Below, piece after piece: positions 31,002 through 42,402 of a DNA stretch of 64,000 nucleotides. Numbering within the stretch: the stretch's first letter is position 1; the number at the start of each line of letters is the position of its first letter. Source of the stretch: Bdellovibrionales bacterium (GTDB taxonomy: Bacteria; Bdellovibrionota; Bdellovibrionia; Bdellovibrionales; JAUICD01); NCBI GenBank assembly GCA_965262715.1, contig OZ253553.1:2848001-2912000 (forward strand), given 5' to 3'. The notes beneath the pieces are model-generated. The model was not told the DNA's origin, searched no databases, and worked only from the letters and a program-made list of their open reading frames with translations. The position numbers and the translations under genes were made by a program.

Positions 31002-31266
31002 GAGGCTTGTCGCACGAATCTGACCTTAGGGCAATGGTTTTGAGGTTTAGGAAATAAAGTGAAGACTCAGCTCAATTAGGCAGACTGACAGCAGCCCCAG
31101 ACAGGTGCTGCCAGTTTATGAGACTGTATTGATTACTTGAGAAGTGTTTGTAATGTATTGGCACACTTATTTATAACAAATTCATAGTTTTTGAGATGGC
31201 TTCTATATTATGAGCTACAAGTCTTAGTATATATAAGCAGTTACAAGCGATGTTTGTGCAATAAGG
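31002..31266. mobile_element. Degenerate MITE with IS5-type ends
   Basis: ggcttgtcgcacgaa ... tttgtgcaataagg resembles the end of the IS5 element at 63079 (ggtcttgttgcacaaa). Confidence 0.45.
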
Positions 31267-31276
31267 TTGTTGAAAT

Positions 31277-31708
31277 CTATCCAATGTATTGCCTTTGAAC
31301 AGATTCTCTCATCTCTGCTCCTTCAACACTCATTCTTGCCCAAGGAATAGCATGTAATCTTGCAGCGTCAATAGGTTCCTCTGTCTCTTCACAGATACCA
31401 TAAGTCCCTTTGGCAATTTTTGCTAAGGCGTCTTCTATTTCATGAAGCTGATGTCTTGTTCTCTTTTGGGCGTTGACAACTTCTGATTCTATAAGGCTTT
31501 TTACAGCTTGATCTGTTTCATCTCCACCCTTTTCTATACTGTTTTTTTGCAATTTTTCACGATTAGAACGTGACATATTCATCAATTTTGTTTTCTTTTT
31601 CAATAAATTTTGACGGCACTCTTCAATAAATTCCGCAGAATGAACAGTCATGATTTTCCCCTTTTTTTTAAAAACATATTTATTATTTATACTTTTGGTT
31701 TGTGACAA
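31277..31708 (-). CDS. dksA: DksA/TraR family transcriptional regulator (start may be ATG 31651)
   Basis: DETDQA coiled-coil tip; IEDALAKIAKGTYGICEETEEPIDAARLHAIPWAR. Confidence 0.8.
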   Translation of the reverse strand: MSQTKSINNKYVFKKKGKIMTVHSAEFIEECRQNLLKKKTKLMNMSRSNREKLQKNSIEKGGDETDQAVKSLIESEVVNAQKRTRHQLHEIEDALAKIAKGTYGICEETEEPIDAARLHAIPWARMSVEGAEMRESVQRQYIG

Positions 31709-32075
31709 GGTGTCTTATAAGATTGGTTAATTATTTATTAAAATTAAATTATCATAGCTATAAAATAAAAAATCAATTTCTATATCTTTCATCTAAGATC
31801 TTTGTAGTGAAAGCATAAAAAATCATAAAAACTATTAGATAATCGGGTTTTTACAAAAAATCTTTACTAAAAAAACATATTTATTATGAAGATTTCTTAA
31901 TAAGGTATGAGGCAAATAGCCTGCCCAAGCTGTCATAAAGTTAGACGTCTATATATTATTATGACATTCTATTTTAACATTTACTCCTCCTTCGTCTATA
32001 GGCTTTCAAAGAGTTTAACATCTAACTGCTTAATATTAGAAGGAAAACACTGAAAAACATTTTTTTTTGAGATAT

Positions 32076-32091
32076 TGGCACACTTTTGGCT
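32076..32091 (+). promoter_or_regulatory. Putative sigma54 promoter
   Basis: tGGcacacttttgGCt, GG-N10-GC. Confidence 0.45.
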
Positions 32092-32126
32092 TGTATAAAA
32101 TAAAGGTATAAAAACAAGGAGAGAAA

Positions 32127-32345
32127 ATGAAAAGATTATTTTGTTTAATGTCTACTATTATTATAACAAGTTTTGCATCATCTACTTTTGCTAATTCAAT
32201 GTGTTCTCAGCAATGGGGAGGAGAAAGCATTTTTACTAATTCTAATCAAGTAAAACAAAACAGTTCTGGAAATCAAAATCCAGGTCAGGGAATTAATGAG
32301 CAGAAATCTCGTCGTTCATCAAGTAGCACTCATCGCAGAAAGTAA
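32127..32345 (+). CDS. Small secreted protein
   Basis: aaggag RBS; MKRLF...STFA signal peptide. Confidence 0.7.
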   Translation: MKRLFCLMSTIIITSFASSTFANSMCSQQWGGESIFTNSNQVKQNSSGNQNPGQGINEQKSRRSSSSTHRRK

Positions 32346-32397
32346 TCTTATATAGTGATTCTTAGCTCTAGTTACTGATTAAATAATGGAACTTGTT

Positions 32398-32817
32398 TTA
32401 TTTCTCACTAGAGCTGTTAGGACTTTGGGTTGTTTTGGTTCCTGATATAACACCTTTGATACCATCAAAAACAACTTTCTGATCTATGAGTTTTTTAGGA
32501 TCTACTATATCAAATGTTTCATTTGGGGAATCAGAAATAGGTTTTTCAAGCCTTTTTACCCTAAGCATTGATTCTTTTATGCTTTTAGGTGTATATTCTT
32601 CGAGAGGGTTTGTGTCTGCATTTGTTAGCTTCTGTTTTGTAAATTTCCGAAGATAAAAAATACCTACATGCGCAATATCATTGATATAAAAACCTAGTGC
32701 TGTTTGTTCAATCGATCTGTTGATCTTTTCAGCACAGCTAATTCCTTTAATTTTTATGGTATGTAAAGTCAATGAAATGATGAATGCGCAGAATATTTGC
32801 CCTATATAAAATAACAT
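32398..32817 (-). CDS. Hypothetical protein
   Basis: 139-aa ORF with gaggtg RBS and hydrophobic N-terminus. Confidence 0.5.
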   Translation of the reverse strand: MLFYIGQIFCAFIISLTLHTIKIKGISCAEKINRSIEQTALGFYINDIAHVGIFYLRKFTKQKLTNADTNPLEEYTPKSIKESMLRVKRLEKPISDSPNETFDIVDPKKLIDQKVVFDGIKGVISGTKTTQSPNSSSEK

Positions 32818-32942
32818 CTAAATCACCTCTTATAAAAAATAAATCGGTCTTTTTTTATTTTTTTCAATTATATATTAAAAAAATATGTCTAAGATTCATA
32901 TATGTGCATATAATTGTAATTATACAACAATGGTGATTATTT

Positions 32943-33569
32943 ATGAAAGATCATGGGTTTATTTATAAAATTTTCTCTTTATTTGTCGGGTTATCTGGGC
33001 TTCAAGCCTATGGTTTTATTTTTGGAGTATTATTTTTGTGTGGAATAGGGCTACCTGTTCCTGAAGACCTAACACTTATTGCTGCAGGGTATTTATCTGG
33101 CGAAGGCTCTATCTCTTTTGTAGGAGCTCTATTAGTAGGCTTTATAGGTGTTTTAGCAGGTGATATTCTGCTTTTCACAATAGGCTATCGATTTGGAGAT
33201 CAAGTCTTTAAGTGGCCTATCTTTGTCAAAGTTTTTACACCTCCTCGTATACAAAAGGCAAAATACCGGATTAATAAAAATGCAAAACTTATTTGTTTCA
33301 CTGCTCGGTTTGCTCCAGGATTGAGAGCAGCTATCTATTTGACAGCAGGGACACTTAAGGTACCATTTAAAGTATTTATATTTCAAGATGGACTAGCTGC
33401 ATTGGCTAGCGTACCATTTTGGGTTTGGACAGGTTATAAGTTTCATGAACATCGTGAAAAGGCACTTGAAGTATTGACACAAGTTCATATTTATCTTTTT
33501 ATCTTTGTTGCTTTTATTTTTAGTTATCTCTTATGGAAATGGATATATAAAGATAAAAAATCTGTCTAA
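32943..33569 (+). CDS. DedA family membrane protein
   Basis: GLPVPEDLTLIAAG, GDILLFTIG, ARFAPGLR. Confidence 0.92.
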   Translation: MKDHGFIYKIFSLFVGLSGLQAYGFIFGVLFLCGIGLPVPEDLTLIAAGYLSGEGSISFVGALLVGFIGVLAGDILLFTIGYRFGDQVFKWPIFVKVFTPPRIQKAKYRINKNAKLICFTARFAPGLRAAIYLTAGTLKVPFKVFIFQDGLAALASVPFWVWTGYKFHEHREKALEVLTQVHIYLFIFVAFIFSYLLWKWIYKDKKSV

Positions 33570-33869
33570 TAAAAAAATATTTATATCTCAAAAAAGCACA
33601 CAATTTTTGTTCTAAAAATTAAATTAAAAATAAAAAATTTAAGAAAAATTATATAAATTCAGATAAGATAATTAAGAAGAGTATCATATTTATAATTTTC
33701 ATCTGCGCACTTTAGCATAATCTTAACAACATCAATGATTTAAGCCAATCAACTTAGATAGAACCAAAAATTGATGTTTTTACAAACTTGTTACATCTTG
33801 TATCTTAGATTTTGACATCCTTTGATTTAAAAAATTTATTAAATTATTTTTTTAATAAGGAATTTTAAA

Positions 33870-35075
33870 GTGCAAGTCAGTAAATTAGCATTTCAAATGA
33901 AGGTATGTTGTTTCATTTTAATTATTTTTGTATTGATGTATAAGATGAATACCATAGTGGTTAAAGCTGATACACGGGGTGAAACATGGAGCATAAAAAC
34001 GGCGGTAGACAACTTTGTTGTAAAGAAAGGTGCTAGAGGGCAATATTTTATCAATGGAAGAAAAGTTCATTTAAATACCTTTAATGAATTGAAGGATTTT
34101 GTTGATAATAAGTTGTCGTTTGCTGATGAAGATATAGGAGATAATGAAGATTCATGTTCAAAACCAAGTGGGGCACCTGACCTGCAGATTTTAAAGACAA
34201 CAGGAAATCAAAAGAAAAAAATCTTAGTGTATATTGACGAGCGTCTCCTCATTGTCAATCACAGGTGTTCTTCAATAGAAGGAAATGGCATTTTTGCTCT
34301 TCCTATGCATCGTGAATGGTATATTGGAACTAAAACAGTAAATATCAAGATAGGAACTCAAAGAAGATTAGTGTTTAGTGATTCAAAACCTATAGTATAC
34401 AGAGAAAGCACAAATTCTCAGGATAGAACGGTGAAACTCCTTGTGAGTGGTCCGATGCTTGATTGGAGTAAAATTGATCTTTTTGAGAAAAAATTAAAAT
34501 CTATAGAAATTTCAGGAAGACGGCATTTATCTTATATTAAAGATAGGCCTAGCTTTACTTTTATTACAAATAATAGAGAGTACACATTTTATGAAATTCG
34601 AGATCCAGAGCTTGTATGGGTTTTAAAATTACCGGATAAACCATTTCTCATCTTATCTGAATCATTTAGTTGGCGTGAGTTTAATTTAGAATATGTTGCA
34701 GATCTGAAAGCTGACATTATCAATACTTTACAAAACTCTGAAAGTGCAGAAAATAAACGTATAAGGGCTCTTAAGACATTGAAGAACTATTGGAATCCGT
34801 CTTTTCAAGAAATACTATTTACTATTTTCAAAGATGAAGATGAGTCAAGTCAATTACGTAAGGAGATTGCAGAGTTCTTAATTCAAAAACCAACATCTTT
34901 AAATAAAGAAACTTTATTAAATGCGCTTATTGTAACGCAAAACCCTTCCTTGAGAGAGTATATTTCTATGCGGTTAAGAATTTTTTATCCTAAGGGAAAA
35001 GCTATCTCTGCAAATGATGATGATTATACAGTCACGGAAAAGATGAATACTTGGAGAGGTTTTCAACCTCAATAA
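33870..35075 (+). CDS. Hypothetical exported protein, helical (HEAT-like) C-terminus
   Basis: 401-aa ORF, N-terminal hydrophobic stretch. Confidence 0.65.
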   Translation: MQVSKLAFQMKVCCFILIIFVLMYKMNTIVVKADTRGETWSIKTAVDNFVVKKGARGQYFINGRKVHLNTFNELKDFVDNKLSFADEDIGDNEDSCSKPSGAPDLQILKTTGNQKKKILVYIDERLLIVNHRCSSIEGNGIFALPMHREWYIGTKTVNIKIGTQRRLVFSDSKPIVYRESTNSQDRTVKLLVSGPMLDWSKIDLFEKKLKSIEISGRRHLSYIKDRPSFTFITNNREYTFYEIRDPELVWVLKLPDKPFLILSESFSWREFNLEYVADLKADIINTLQNSESAENKRIRALKTLKNYWNPSFQEILFTIFKDEDESSQLRKEIAEFLIQKPTSLNKETLLNALIVTQNPSLREYISMRLRIFYPKGKAISANDDDYTVTEKMNTWRGFQPQ

Positions 35076-35119
35076 ATATACATATTGAAAGAGTAGTTAC
35101 AGTTGGCCTTCTTGTTGGC

Positions 35120-35506
35120 TCATAGCTTCATATCTTTGATGATTGGGGTTAATATATGACCTTCAAACACAGAACCAGGAAAAACCTCTCTTGTCACAAC
35201 CACTGCTAAACAAACTTGAGACTCTTTAAACTTAGCATTTTTACGGTAACCCTTCTGACGTAAATCATCTTCAATAATCAATTCAAAGTACAAGGTTGTA
35301 CAATCAAAAAATAAAACCTTCAAAGGTTCTTTAAAAACCCTTTGAACTGCTTGACTTGCCAATTTGTTATCTTATTTATCCTCGTAAATAACTTTGTACA
35401 CTACACTTTTTGGCAAAATCCAATAACCGATAACTGCTAATAACTATAAATACAACATTCTGTGTAAAAAATATGAAGAAAATTCAAATTAACTGTCAAA
35501 CTCAGG
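35120..35506 (-). pseudogene. Internally deleted IS1634-family remnant
   Basis: VLFFDCTTLYFE...KFKESQVCLAVVVT matches the 56218 transposase; degenerate end aactgtcaaactcagg at 35491-35506. Confidence 0.85.
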
Positions 35507-35590
35507 AGCGCATTGGAATCAAGTGTCTTTTCACTCAGTTTGAAAAATATTTCTTAACATAAAGCTTTATATTATGCTTTCATAAAAGTT

Positions 35591-36832
35591 ATGTGGGAGC
35601 AACATTGGATATATCTCTATAAAAACATTAGGGTTCTATTTTATTTTTATTGCTTTATTTTTACCTTTGTTTTGGTAAAAGACCTTTTAGCTTCTCAAGC
35701 AAATGATCCAAACTTTCATCAAGATTCTTGCCGTGAGTATGCTAATGGAGAGGAGAGAATCTTATCTGTGCCTTTTGTTGATATAGGGGCTTTTCCTATG
35801 TCTGTGTTTTCGATGCAATGTCATTATAAAATAAAAAGACAAACAAGTCAGACTTACACGGCTTCCATAGCTTTAGAGTTTTCTCCAAGTTTGGCGTACT
35901 TTAATGGGCCTGTCCCCACAGATCAAGTGCATAAACACTATTTGCAAAAAGTAAAAAATTGCATAGCAAAGAGCAATCATAAAATAATAGGGGTAAATGG
36001 AAAACAAATTCTTATTGATATTGAGGATGCTAAGGTAGCAAGAGAAACCAACTCTTCAACACCTCGGCATTCTATTCAAATCCACACTCATTATAATATA
36101 CCATCTTCTTTTAAGAGCTTTAATGCTTATATTGGTTGCCCTTCGATATTTCATGAAATACTGCACTATTTCTGTTTAGGTGATGAATACAGTTTCCATC
36201 TTAGTAACTTTTTTCGCTTAGCATCACAATATACAGAAGATAGACTATTGTTTGATTGCCGAGTGACTCAAACAAATAGCATTATGAGTGATAGTATAAG
36301 ATGGTCAATGGTACTTGATGATCCATTAGATCATGGGTTCCAGTGGCGTTCACCTCTTCATCGCGAAGAGCCTACTTTTTTTAATGAAGATATAGAATAC
36401 TCTCTTCTTGATCCAACACATTTTAATGCTATTCTCTATGGAAATTGTTCAAGTAGGGATGATGTCAGACATTATAGAGAATGTATGCGTTTAGCTTTTC
36501 AAGATTCTAGTTTGAATTTTAATTGCTTAAGTCAAAAACATCAATGTGAAAACTTGAACTTACTAGGCCGTGATAAAAACAAAGAGCTTGCAAGATTATA
36601 TACTGAATCCTATTTGTTACAATTAGATCTTGGGAGGACAAATGAGGATTTAGTAGAAAATCTTTTTAAACGCTTTTCTTATGATCCCTCTAATCATGAT
36701 CTTTCGATATTCCAATATGGATATATAGCGTATGATCATGGATATTTATTATATCTTAAAGAAGGATATGAAAAGGAAATAGAAGAGTTAAATAGAAGAA
36801 TCCATAATGTACAAAACTGGCCTGATGAGTGA
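35591..36832 (+). CDS. Exported hypothetical protein with zincin-like HExxH motif
   Basis: HEILHYFCLGDEY and downstream SIM (Met-turn-like). Confidence 0.6.
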   Translation: MWEQHWIYLYKNIRVLFYFYCFIFTFVLVKDLLASQANDPNFHQDSCREYANGEERILSVPFVDIGAFPMSVFSMQCHYKIKRQTSQTYTASIALEFSPSLAYFNGPVPTDQVHKHYLQKVKNCIAKSNHKIIGVNGKQILIDIEDAKVARETNSSTPRHSIQIHTHYNIPSSFKSFNAYIGCPSIFHEILHYFCLGDEYSFHLSNFFRLASQYTEDRLLFDCRVTQTNSIMSDSIRWSMVLDDPLDHGFQWRSPLHREEPTFFNEDIEYSLLDPTHFNAILYGNCSSRDDVRHYRECMRLAFQDSSLNFNCLSQKHQCENLNLLGRDKNKELARLYTESYLLQLDLGRTNEDLVENLFKRFSYDPSNHDLSIFQYGYIAYDHGYLLYLKEGYEKEIEELNRRIHNVQNWPDE

Positions 36833-36895
36833 CAGTATGAACCGTTAGACTTACTGCCGGAAAGTGGTCAGAGGCAGTTTTATTGAAAATAGCTT

Positions 36896-37507
36896 CTAAT
36901 TTTTTGAAATGTTGTGTTTGTTTTTGAGGTCAAGGTGCCATTGATCTATTCGATCTTTTGCCCTTTGTTGACTTAATGCTTTTTTAATCTGACCACTCAC
37001 ATTTGAAAAACTTGTACCATCATAATTGTTTTTATTTTCTTGATAATAATTTACAGCCTCTTCATCTGTTATAGGAATTAAAGAGGACTGCTCTTTGAAC
37101 TTTATAAACTTCTTAGCACGTAGTTTTCTTTGTATTGAAGATACCAATTCAGATCTTGAAACCTGCAAATCTTTCCATAAACTGAATAAATCTTTTTTTG
37201 AGGATAACTGAGTTTGAAATCTTGTAAGCTCAGATATAACCTCTCTTTTAGAAATACGACTTAAAGCAAAAATTTGAGCCTCTTTATCAATAGCATATTC
37301 TAACAGCACTTGATCTGTGTGCAGTTTAAGTTCTGGCAGGGGCTTGTTAAATAAAACAGATTCAATAATTCTGTCTATTTCAATGTCACGACTTGTGATA
37401 ACTTGGTCTGCTGATGTTCCAACAATGTTCAATATCGTATCTGCAAATAATAATTGGTGAAAACAGAAGACCCCTATTATTAAAACTAAAGTGTTATATG
37501 ATTTCAT
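36896..37507 (-). CDS. Exported protein, SurA/PrsA N-terminal-like
   Basis: Signal peptide; VITSRD and ITDEEAVNYYQEN segments. Confidence 0.6.
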   Translation of the reverse strand: MKSYNTLVLIIGVFCFHQLLFADTILNIVGTSADQVITSRDIEIDRIIESVLFNKPLPELKLHTDQVLLEYAIDKEAQIFALSRISKREVISELTRFQTQLSSKKDLFSLWKDLQVSRSELVSSIQRKLRAKKFIKFKEQSSLIPITDEEAVNYYQENKNNYDGTSFSNVSGQIKKALSQQRAKDRIDQWHLDLKNKHNISKN

Positions 37508-37656
37508 GGGACTTTTATCCTTTAAAGAGCCTTCTTTGAGCTTACCACATCAAATAAAGTATAACAGTTATTTCAAAAAAATGACTACTGAAAAAAAGTA
37601 AAACTGATTTTAGAGAAATAGCTCATTATGGCTTTGTCATTTAAAAGATAGAGTTA

Positions 37657-38820
37657 TTATGAATCTTTCATTTTAGAAATTTCTTGGATAAGAGAGCGTA
37701 CAGTTTGAGAGGTTCTTCTTTTTTCATGACGCTTTTGAAATTGTTCAAGGGCAAATTGCCGCATATCTTCTACAGAATCAAACTCATCCATGATCTCTAC
37801 GCCCAATAAGGTCTCTAGAGCATCCTCTAAAGTAATCAGTCCTGTTGTTTGTCCATCCTGATTTACTGCTATAAAAATATGCTCCTTATATTTTAAAAAC
37901 TCATTAAGAGTGGTACCTATAGACTGATTTTCTGGCACTTTATGAATAGAATGGCATATATCTCCTAATGTTGTATTTGATGCTTCCACAGATTTATTTG
38001 AACCCATAGGTGAAGTAGCAAAAGCCCCATCTTCTAACAAAGTTTTTTTTGTATTGCTTTGAGCATAGTTTTCTAAGAGTTCATAACGTAAAACAACACC
38101 TACAATATCATCCATGCCCATCTTATAAATAGGTATACGAGAAAAAGGTATAGATGGATGCTGCTTGACAACTTGACCAACAGAAACATCTGCGGGAAAG
38201 GCTACAATAACAGACCTAGGTGTCATCACATCCTTAATGTAAATCTTATCAAGGCGTAGTAGGTTTTTGATCACATTACGTTCTTGGTGCTTAATAGAGC
38301 CTTCCTCTTGACTGATCTCTGCTGTAGCAATTAGCTCATCCCTTGTAAAAAGTAGAGGGCGTTTTTTACCAAAAGTACTTAAGTCTGCTACAAATTCACA
38401 AAATGAAACAATAGGGTAAAGTAGAACAATAAGATATTTAATAATGTAAGCAGAGGGAATAGCAAGTCTTCTCCAATAAGTAGCTCCTATTGTTTTAGGG
38501 ATGATCTCTGAAAATATCAAGATACCAAATGTGAGGATTCCAGAAATAATAGCTACCATTTCACTGCCATATAATCTCATAACAGTTGCACTGATTAAAG
38601 CAGCTCCTAAAGTGTTAGACACGGTATTTAAAGTTAAAATAGCTGCTAGTGGACGATCAATATCTTTTCTGAGAGCATGAAGAACATCACCTGATTTAGA
38701 TCCTTGATTTTGCAATTGACCAATAAAAGAATCCTTAACAGATAAAATAACAGATTCTAAAAGAGAACAAAAAAAGGAAATAGTAAGAACAAAAATAAAA
38801 TAAGAAATTAATAGAACCAA
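37657..38820 (-). CDS. CNNM (DUF21)-CBS domain protein, hemolysin/CorC family
   Basis: SFFCSLLESVILS, ILIFSEIIPK, VMTPRS, FSRIPIY, GLITLEDALETLLG. Confidence 0.92.
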   Translation of the reverse strand: MVLLISYFIFVLTISFFCSLLESVILSVKDSFIGQLQNQGSKSGDVLHALRKDIDRPLAAILTLNTVSNTLGAALISATVMRLYGSEMVAIISGILTFGILIFSEIIPKTIGATYWRRLAIPSAYIIKYLIVLLYPIVSFCEFVADLSTFGKKRPLLFTRDELIATAEISQEEGSIKHQERNVIKNLLRLDKIYIKDVMTPRSVIVAFPADVSVGQVVKQHPSIPFSRIPIYKMGMDDIVGVVLRYELLENYAQSNTKKTLLEDGAFATSPMGSNKSVEASNTTLGDICHSIHKVPENQSIGTTLNEFLKYKEHIFIAVNQDGQTTGLITLEDALETLLGVEIMDEFDSVEDMRQFALEQFQKRHEKRRTSQTVRSLIQEISKMKDS

Positions 38821-38823
38821 GTT

Positions 38824-40935
38824 TTAAGCACCTTTAGCGTTTTTTTTATGTGCTTCTATAAGCTCTTCTTGAATACTTTTAGGAACTGGCTTATATTCTG
38901 AAAACTCCATTGTGAATTCTCCCTTTCCTTGAGTTGCTGATCTTAAATCAGTAGAATATCCAAACATCTCTGTCAATGGAACAAGAGATTCCACTGTAAT
39001 ATAACCTTCTATTGCTTGAGTGCCTGTGATTTGACCACGACGTTGGTTCAATTGTCCAATCACAGAACCTTGGAATTCTTCAGGAGCAGAAACTTCTACC
39101 TTCATAATAGGTTCTAGGATCACAGGATTTGCTTGAGGGATATGTTCACGAATGGCCGCCATAGCACAAAGCTTAAAGGCCATTTCACTAGAGTCCACTG
39201 AGTGAAAATCTCCATCATTAAGTTCTATACGTATGTCAATAAGAGGAAATCCTATCAAAAGTCCTTTTTCTAATTGCTGTTGAAATCCTTTGTCACAAGC
39301 TGGAATATATTCCCTAGGAATAGATCCTCCCACAATTTTATTGATGAATTCATAGTGCTTATGTTCAGAGCTTTCTGGATCCTGCGTGAGAGGCTCCATA
39401 TATCCTCCCATCTTAGCAAACTGCCCTGCACCTCCTGTTTGTTTTTTATGAATCTGTACAAAGTCAACATGAGATGAGATGGTTTCCCTAAAAGCTACCT
39501 GTGGCTTACCTACTTTGCAAGTGACTTTAAATTCTCTTTTCATTCTTTCTACATAAACATCTAAATGCAACTCTCCCATACCAGATATAATAGTCTCTCC
39601 TGACTCCTCATCCCTGTGTACACGGAAAGTAGGGTCCTCTTTAGTGAACTTATTAAGAGCTTTGGAAAAATTAGCAATAAGTGCCTTATCAATAGGAGCA
39701 ATAGAAAGAGAAATAACAGGATTTGCTACATGCATAGACGTCATAGCTGCATTGATTTTTCCATCGGTAAAGCTATCTCCTGATGAGCAGTCTACACCAA
39801 ACATAGCAATGATATCACCTGCACTAGCAGACTGAATATCTTCCATTTCATCGGAGTGCATGCGCACCAATCTAGGCACTTTGATTTTCTTTCCTGTACC
39901 TGTATTAATAATGGTATCACCTTTTTTAACACAGCCCTGATAGATACGCATATAAGTCAGCTGGCCATATCGGCCATCTTCTAATTTAAAGGCTAACATT
40001 AATAAAGGTTGATCAGCATCTGATTGAATGACAAATTTTTCCTCATTTTTGTCTAAATCTAAAGCTTCATTTGTCACTTCCTTTGGATTAGGAAGATAAT
40101 CTGTGACAGCATCAAGAAGAGGTTGCACTGCTTTGTTTTTAAAGGCAGACCCCATAAGCACTGGGATAAATTTAAGACTCAAAACACCAGCGCGAATAGC
40201 TACTTTCAATTCATCTGCTGTGACTTCTTGTTCCATAAGAAACTTTTCACCAACCACATCATCAAAATCAGCAACAACGCCGATAAGATCATGTCTTGCT
40301 GCTTCAGCCTCCTGTTTTCTGTCATCGGGAATATCAGTAATTTTAATTTCTTCTCCATTTTCACCTAAGAACTCCATTTGTTTCATCTCTACTAAATCAA
40401 TCACTCCAGTATGTTTATCTTCTAAACCAACGGGTAATTGAATAAAATGAGCATTTAATCGAAGTTTTTCATGGAGTTGCTCTAAAACACGCTCAGGGTG
40501 AGCTCCTGTTCGGTCTAATTTATTAATAAAAGCAAGGCGTGGCACACTGTAACGCCTCATCTGTCGATCAACTGTAATAGATTGAGACTGAACTCCTTCT
40601 ACCCCAGAGAGAATCAAAATAGCTCCATCAAGAACTCTTAATGCTCTTTCTACCTCGATAGTAAAGTCCACGTGACCGGGAGTATCAATAATATTGATGT
40701 TGGTATCTTTCCATTGACAAAATGTAGCTGCAGATTGAATTGTGATACCTTTTTCTCGCTCTAAGTCCATGGAGTCCATTTTAGCTCCAACACCGTCTTT
40801 ACCGCGCACCTCATGTATAGCATGAATACGCCCAGTGTAAAACAAAATACGCTCTGTTAGTGTGGTTTTACCAGAGTCAATATGCGCTGAAATCCCAATA
40901 TTTCTTAAGTTACTCCAATCTCCAGGCTGATTCAT
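38824..40935 (-). CDS. fusA: Elongation factor G
   Basis: [39 protein letters not shown]. Confidence 0.97.
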   Translation of the reverse strand: MNQPGDWSNLRNIGISAHIDSGKTTLTERILFYTGRIHAIHEVRGKDGVGAKMDSMDLEREKGITIQSAATFCQWKDTNINIIDTPGHVDFTIEVERALRVLDGAILILSGVEGVQSQSITVDRQMRRYSVPRLAFINKLDRTGAHPERVLEQLHEKLRLNAHFIQLPVGLEDKHTGVIDLVEMKQMEFLGENGEEIKITDIPDDRKQEAEAARHDLIGVVADFDDVVGEKFLMEQEVTADELKVAIRAGVLSLKFIPVLMGSAFKNKAVQPLLDAVTDYLPNPKEVTNEALDLDKNEEKFVIQSDADQPLLMLAFKLEDGRYGQLTYMRIYQGCVKKGDTIINTGTGKKIKVPRLVRMHSDEMEDIQSASAGDIIAMFGVDCSSGDSFTDGKINAAMTSMHVANPVISLSIAPIDKALIANFSKALNKFTKEDPTFRVHRDEESGETIISGMGELHLDVYVERMKREFKVTCKVGKPQVAFRETISSHVDFVQIHKKQTGGAGQFAKMGGYMEPLTQDPESSEHKHYEFINKIVGGSIPREYIPACDKGFQQQLEKGLLIGFPLIDIRIELNDGDFHSVDSSEMAFKLCAMAAIREHIPQANPVILEPIMKVEVSAPEEFQGSVIGQLNQRRGQITGTQAIEGYITVESLVPLTEMFGYSTDLRSATQGKGEFTMEFSEYKPVPKSIQEELIEAHKKNAKGA

Positions 40936-41267
40936 TTGTTATCCCCCTCAAATAACTTTATGATAAAAAGATAAAGTATAACATTTAAACAATAAAAATC
41001 AATATTCTTGTTAAACAATACTTCGTCAATTTCTCACAATAACCTTATTTTATGTTATGAAGCTCTTTTTATATCAAATGTGTTAAGATATCTCACCTAA
41101 AGTTTCATTATGAAACAAATTTCTTAAGGTTCATGACATCTTAAAATCTAGAAAGCAAGACATTTAGAACAACAAAACAAGATGGATCCTTTTTTCTCTA
41201 TAAAAGTTCTTTCTAGAAGCCATCTCAAAAATAAATATTTGCATTTATTTCATTTCCCTAAAAATAA

Positions 41268-41555
41268 ATTGAAGGTTCAGCTCAGTTAGCACTTAAATTC
41301 TATCGTAATTCTCAAAAATTACATTTATACAGTCCTCATAAAGACCAATTTAAAAGAGCTGCTTCAAGTATTGTACTTAACTTAGCTGAAGGCAGTGCTA
41401 AACCAACAGCTAAAGATCGCAGAAAAATTTATTATATTAGCCTTGGCTCTTTAAGAGAAGTACAAGCTATATTGAATATGATAGGCCATGTTGACTTAGC
41501 AAAACAGGCAGATCAACTAGGAGCTTATTTATATAAACTATGTCAAAATACTTAA
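41268..41555 (+). pseudogene. Four-helix-bundle protein (IVP-like), 5'-truncated; absent from ORF track
   Basis: Manual translation QLALKFYRNSQKLHLYSPHKDQFKRAASSIVLNLAEGSAKPTAKDRRKIYYISLGSLREVQAIL...QLGAYLYKLCQNT*; in-frame TAA at 41265 and no start codon. Confidence 0.8.
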
Positions 41556-41558
41556 ATT

Positions 41559-42332
41559 TTATTTGAATTTTACTTTATTTGTAGGACAAACAAGATTTTT
41601 GTGTATACGTTCAGAAGATTTAACTTCAATGGCAGTGTGCATATCATTACAAATAAAATCAACTTCATAACCAGATGTTGTTCTCCAATAATGTATATCT
41701 AATTCGGGATTTTTATATTTTTTGTAATTTATAAGTTCCATAAAAATATAATGTTCAAAACTTTTTCCAAAAGCCTCATTTCCTTTATAGGGTTTTCTTT
41801 GAGCTATATAATTGGCAATACCAACATCAAAAAAATAAAACTTATCTGTCAAAACCATTTTTCTATTTTTAGAGGCCCTCCAAGGAGAAAGACGGTATCC
41901 TAAAAAAGTATCCTCTAAAATTTCAAAATATCGACGAACAACTTTAGCACTGATGCCTGTTTCTCTTGCTACATTCGTATAATTTAAAAGCTCAGAGTTG
42001 GTTAAGGCTGCTACTTTTAAAAACTCAGTAAAGGCAGGTATATTTCTTATTGAAGATTCTGATACAATTTCTTCTTTTAAGTAATCAGAGACATAAGACC
42101 TTAAATCTTTTAAATAATGGGAAGATAAGAAGTGAGAAGGTAAAAGTCCTGTATGTAAAGCTTTTTCCAATAAAAATCCTTTTGTCTCATAAAAAGAAAG
42201 AGGACCCATTTCAAATCGCCATGCTCTTCCAGCAAGTAAATTAGAACCAGCTCGTCTTAATTTTCTTGCACTAGATCCAGTAAGGAGAAATGAAGCAGAT
42301 TTATTCTCAATAAGCCAATGAACTTCATCATT
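41559..42332 (-). pseudogene. AAA_14/DUF4143-type ATP-binding protein, N-terminally truncated
   Basis: In-frame DEVHWLIE..FLLTGSSARKL..LAGRA upstream of the called ATG; KFYFFDVG and YWRT..EVDF..EVKS; no Walker A. Confidence 0.8.
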
Positions 42333-42402
42333 TTACAAAAGCCTATTGCAGGCTCTTAACTAAAATATTAATTTGATATTTATGTAATACCTTTTGCAAA
42401 GA

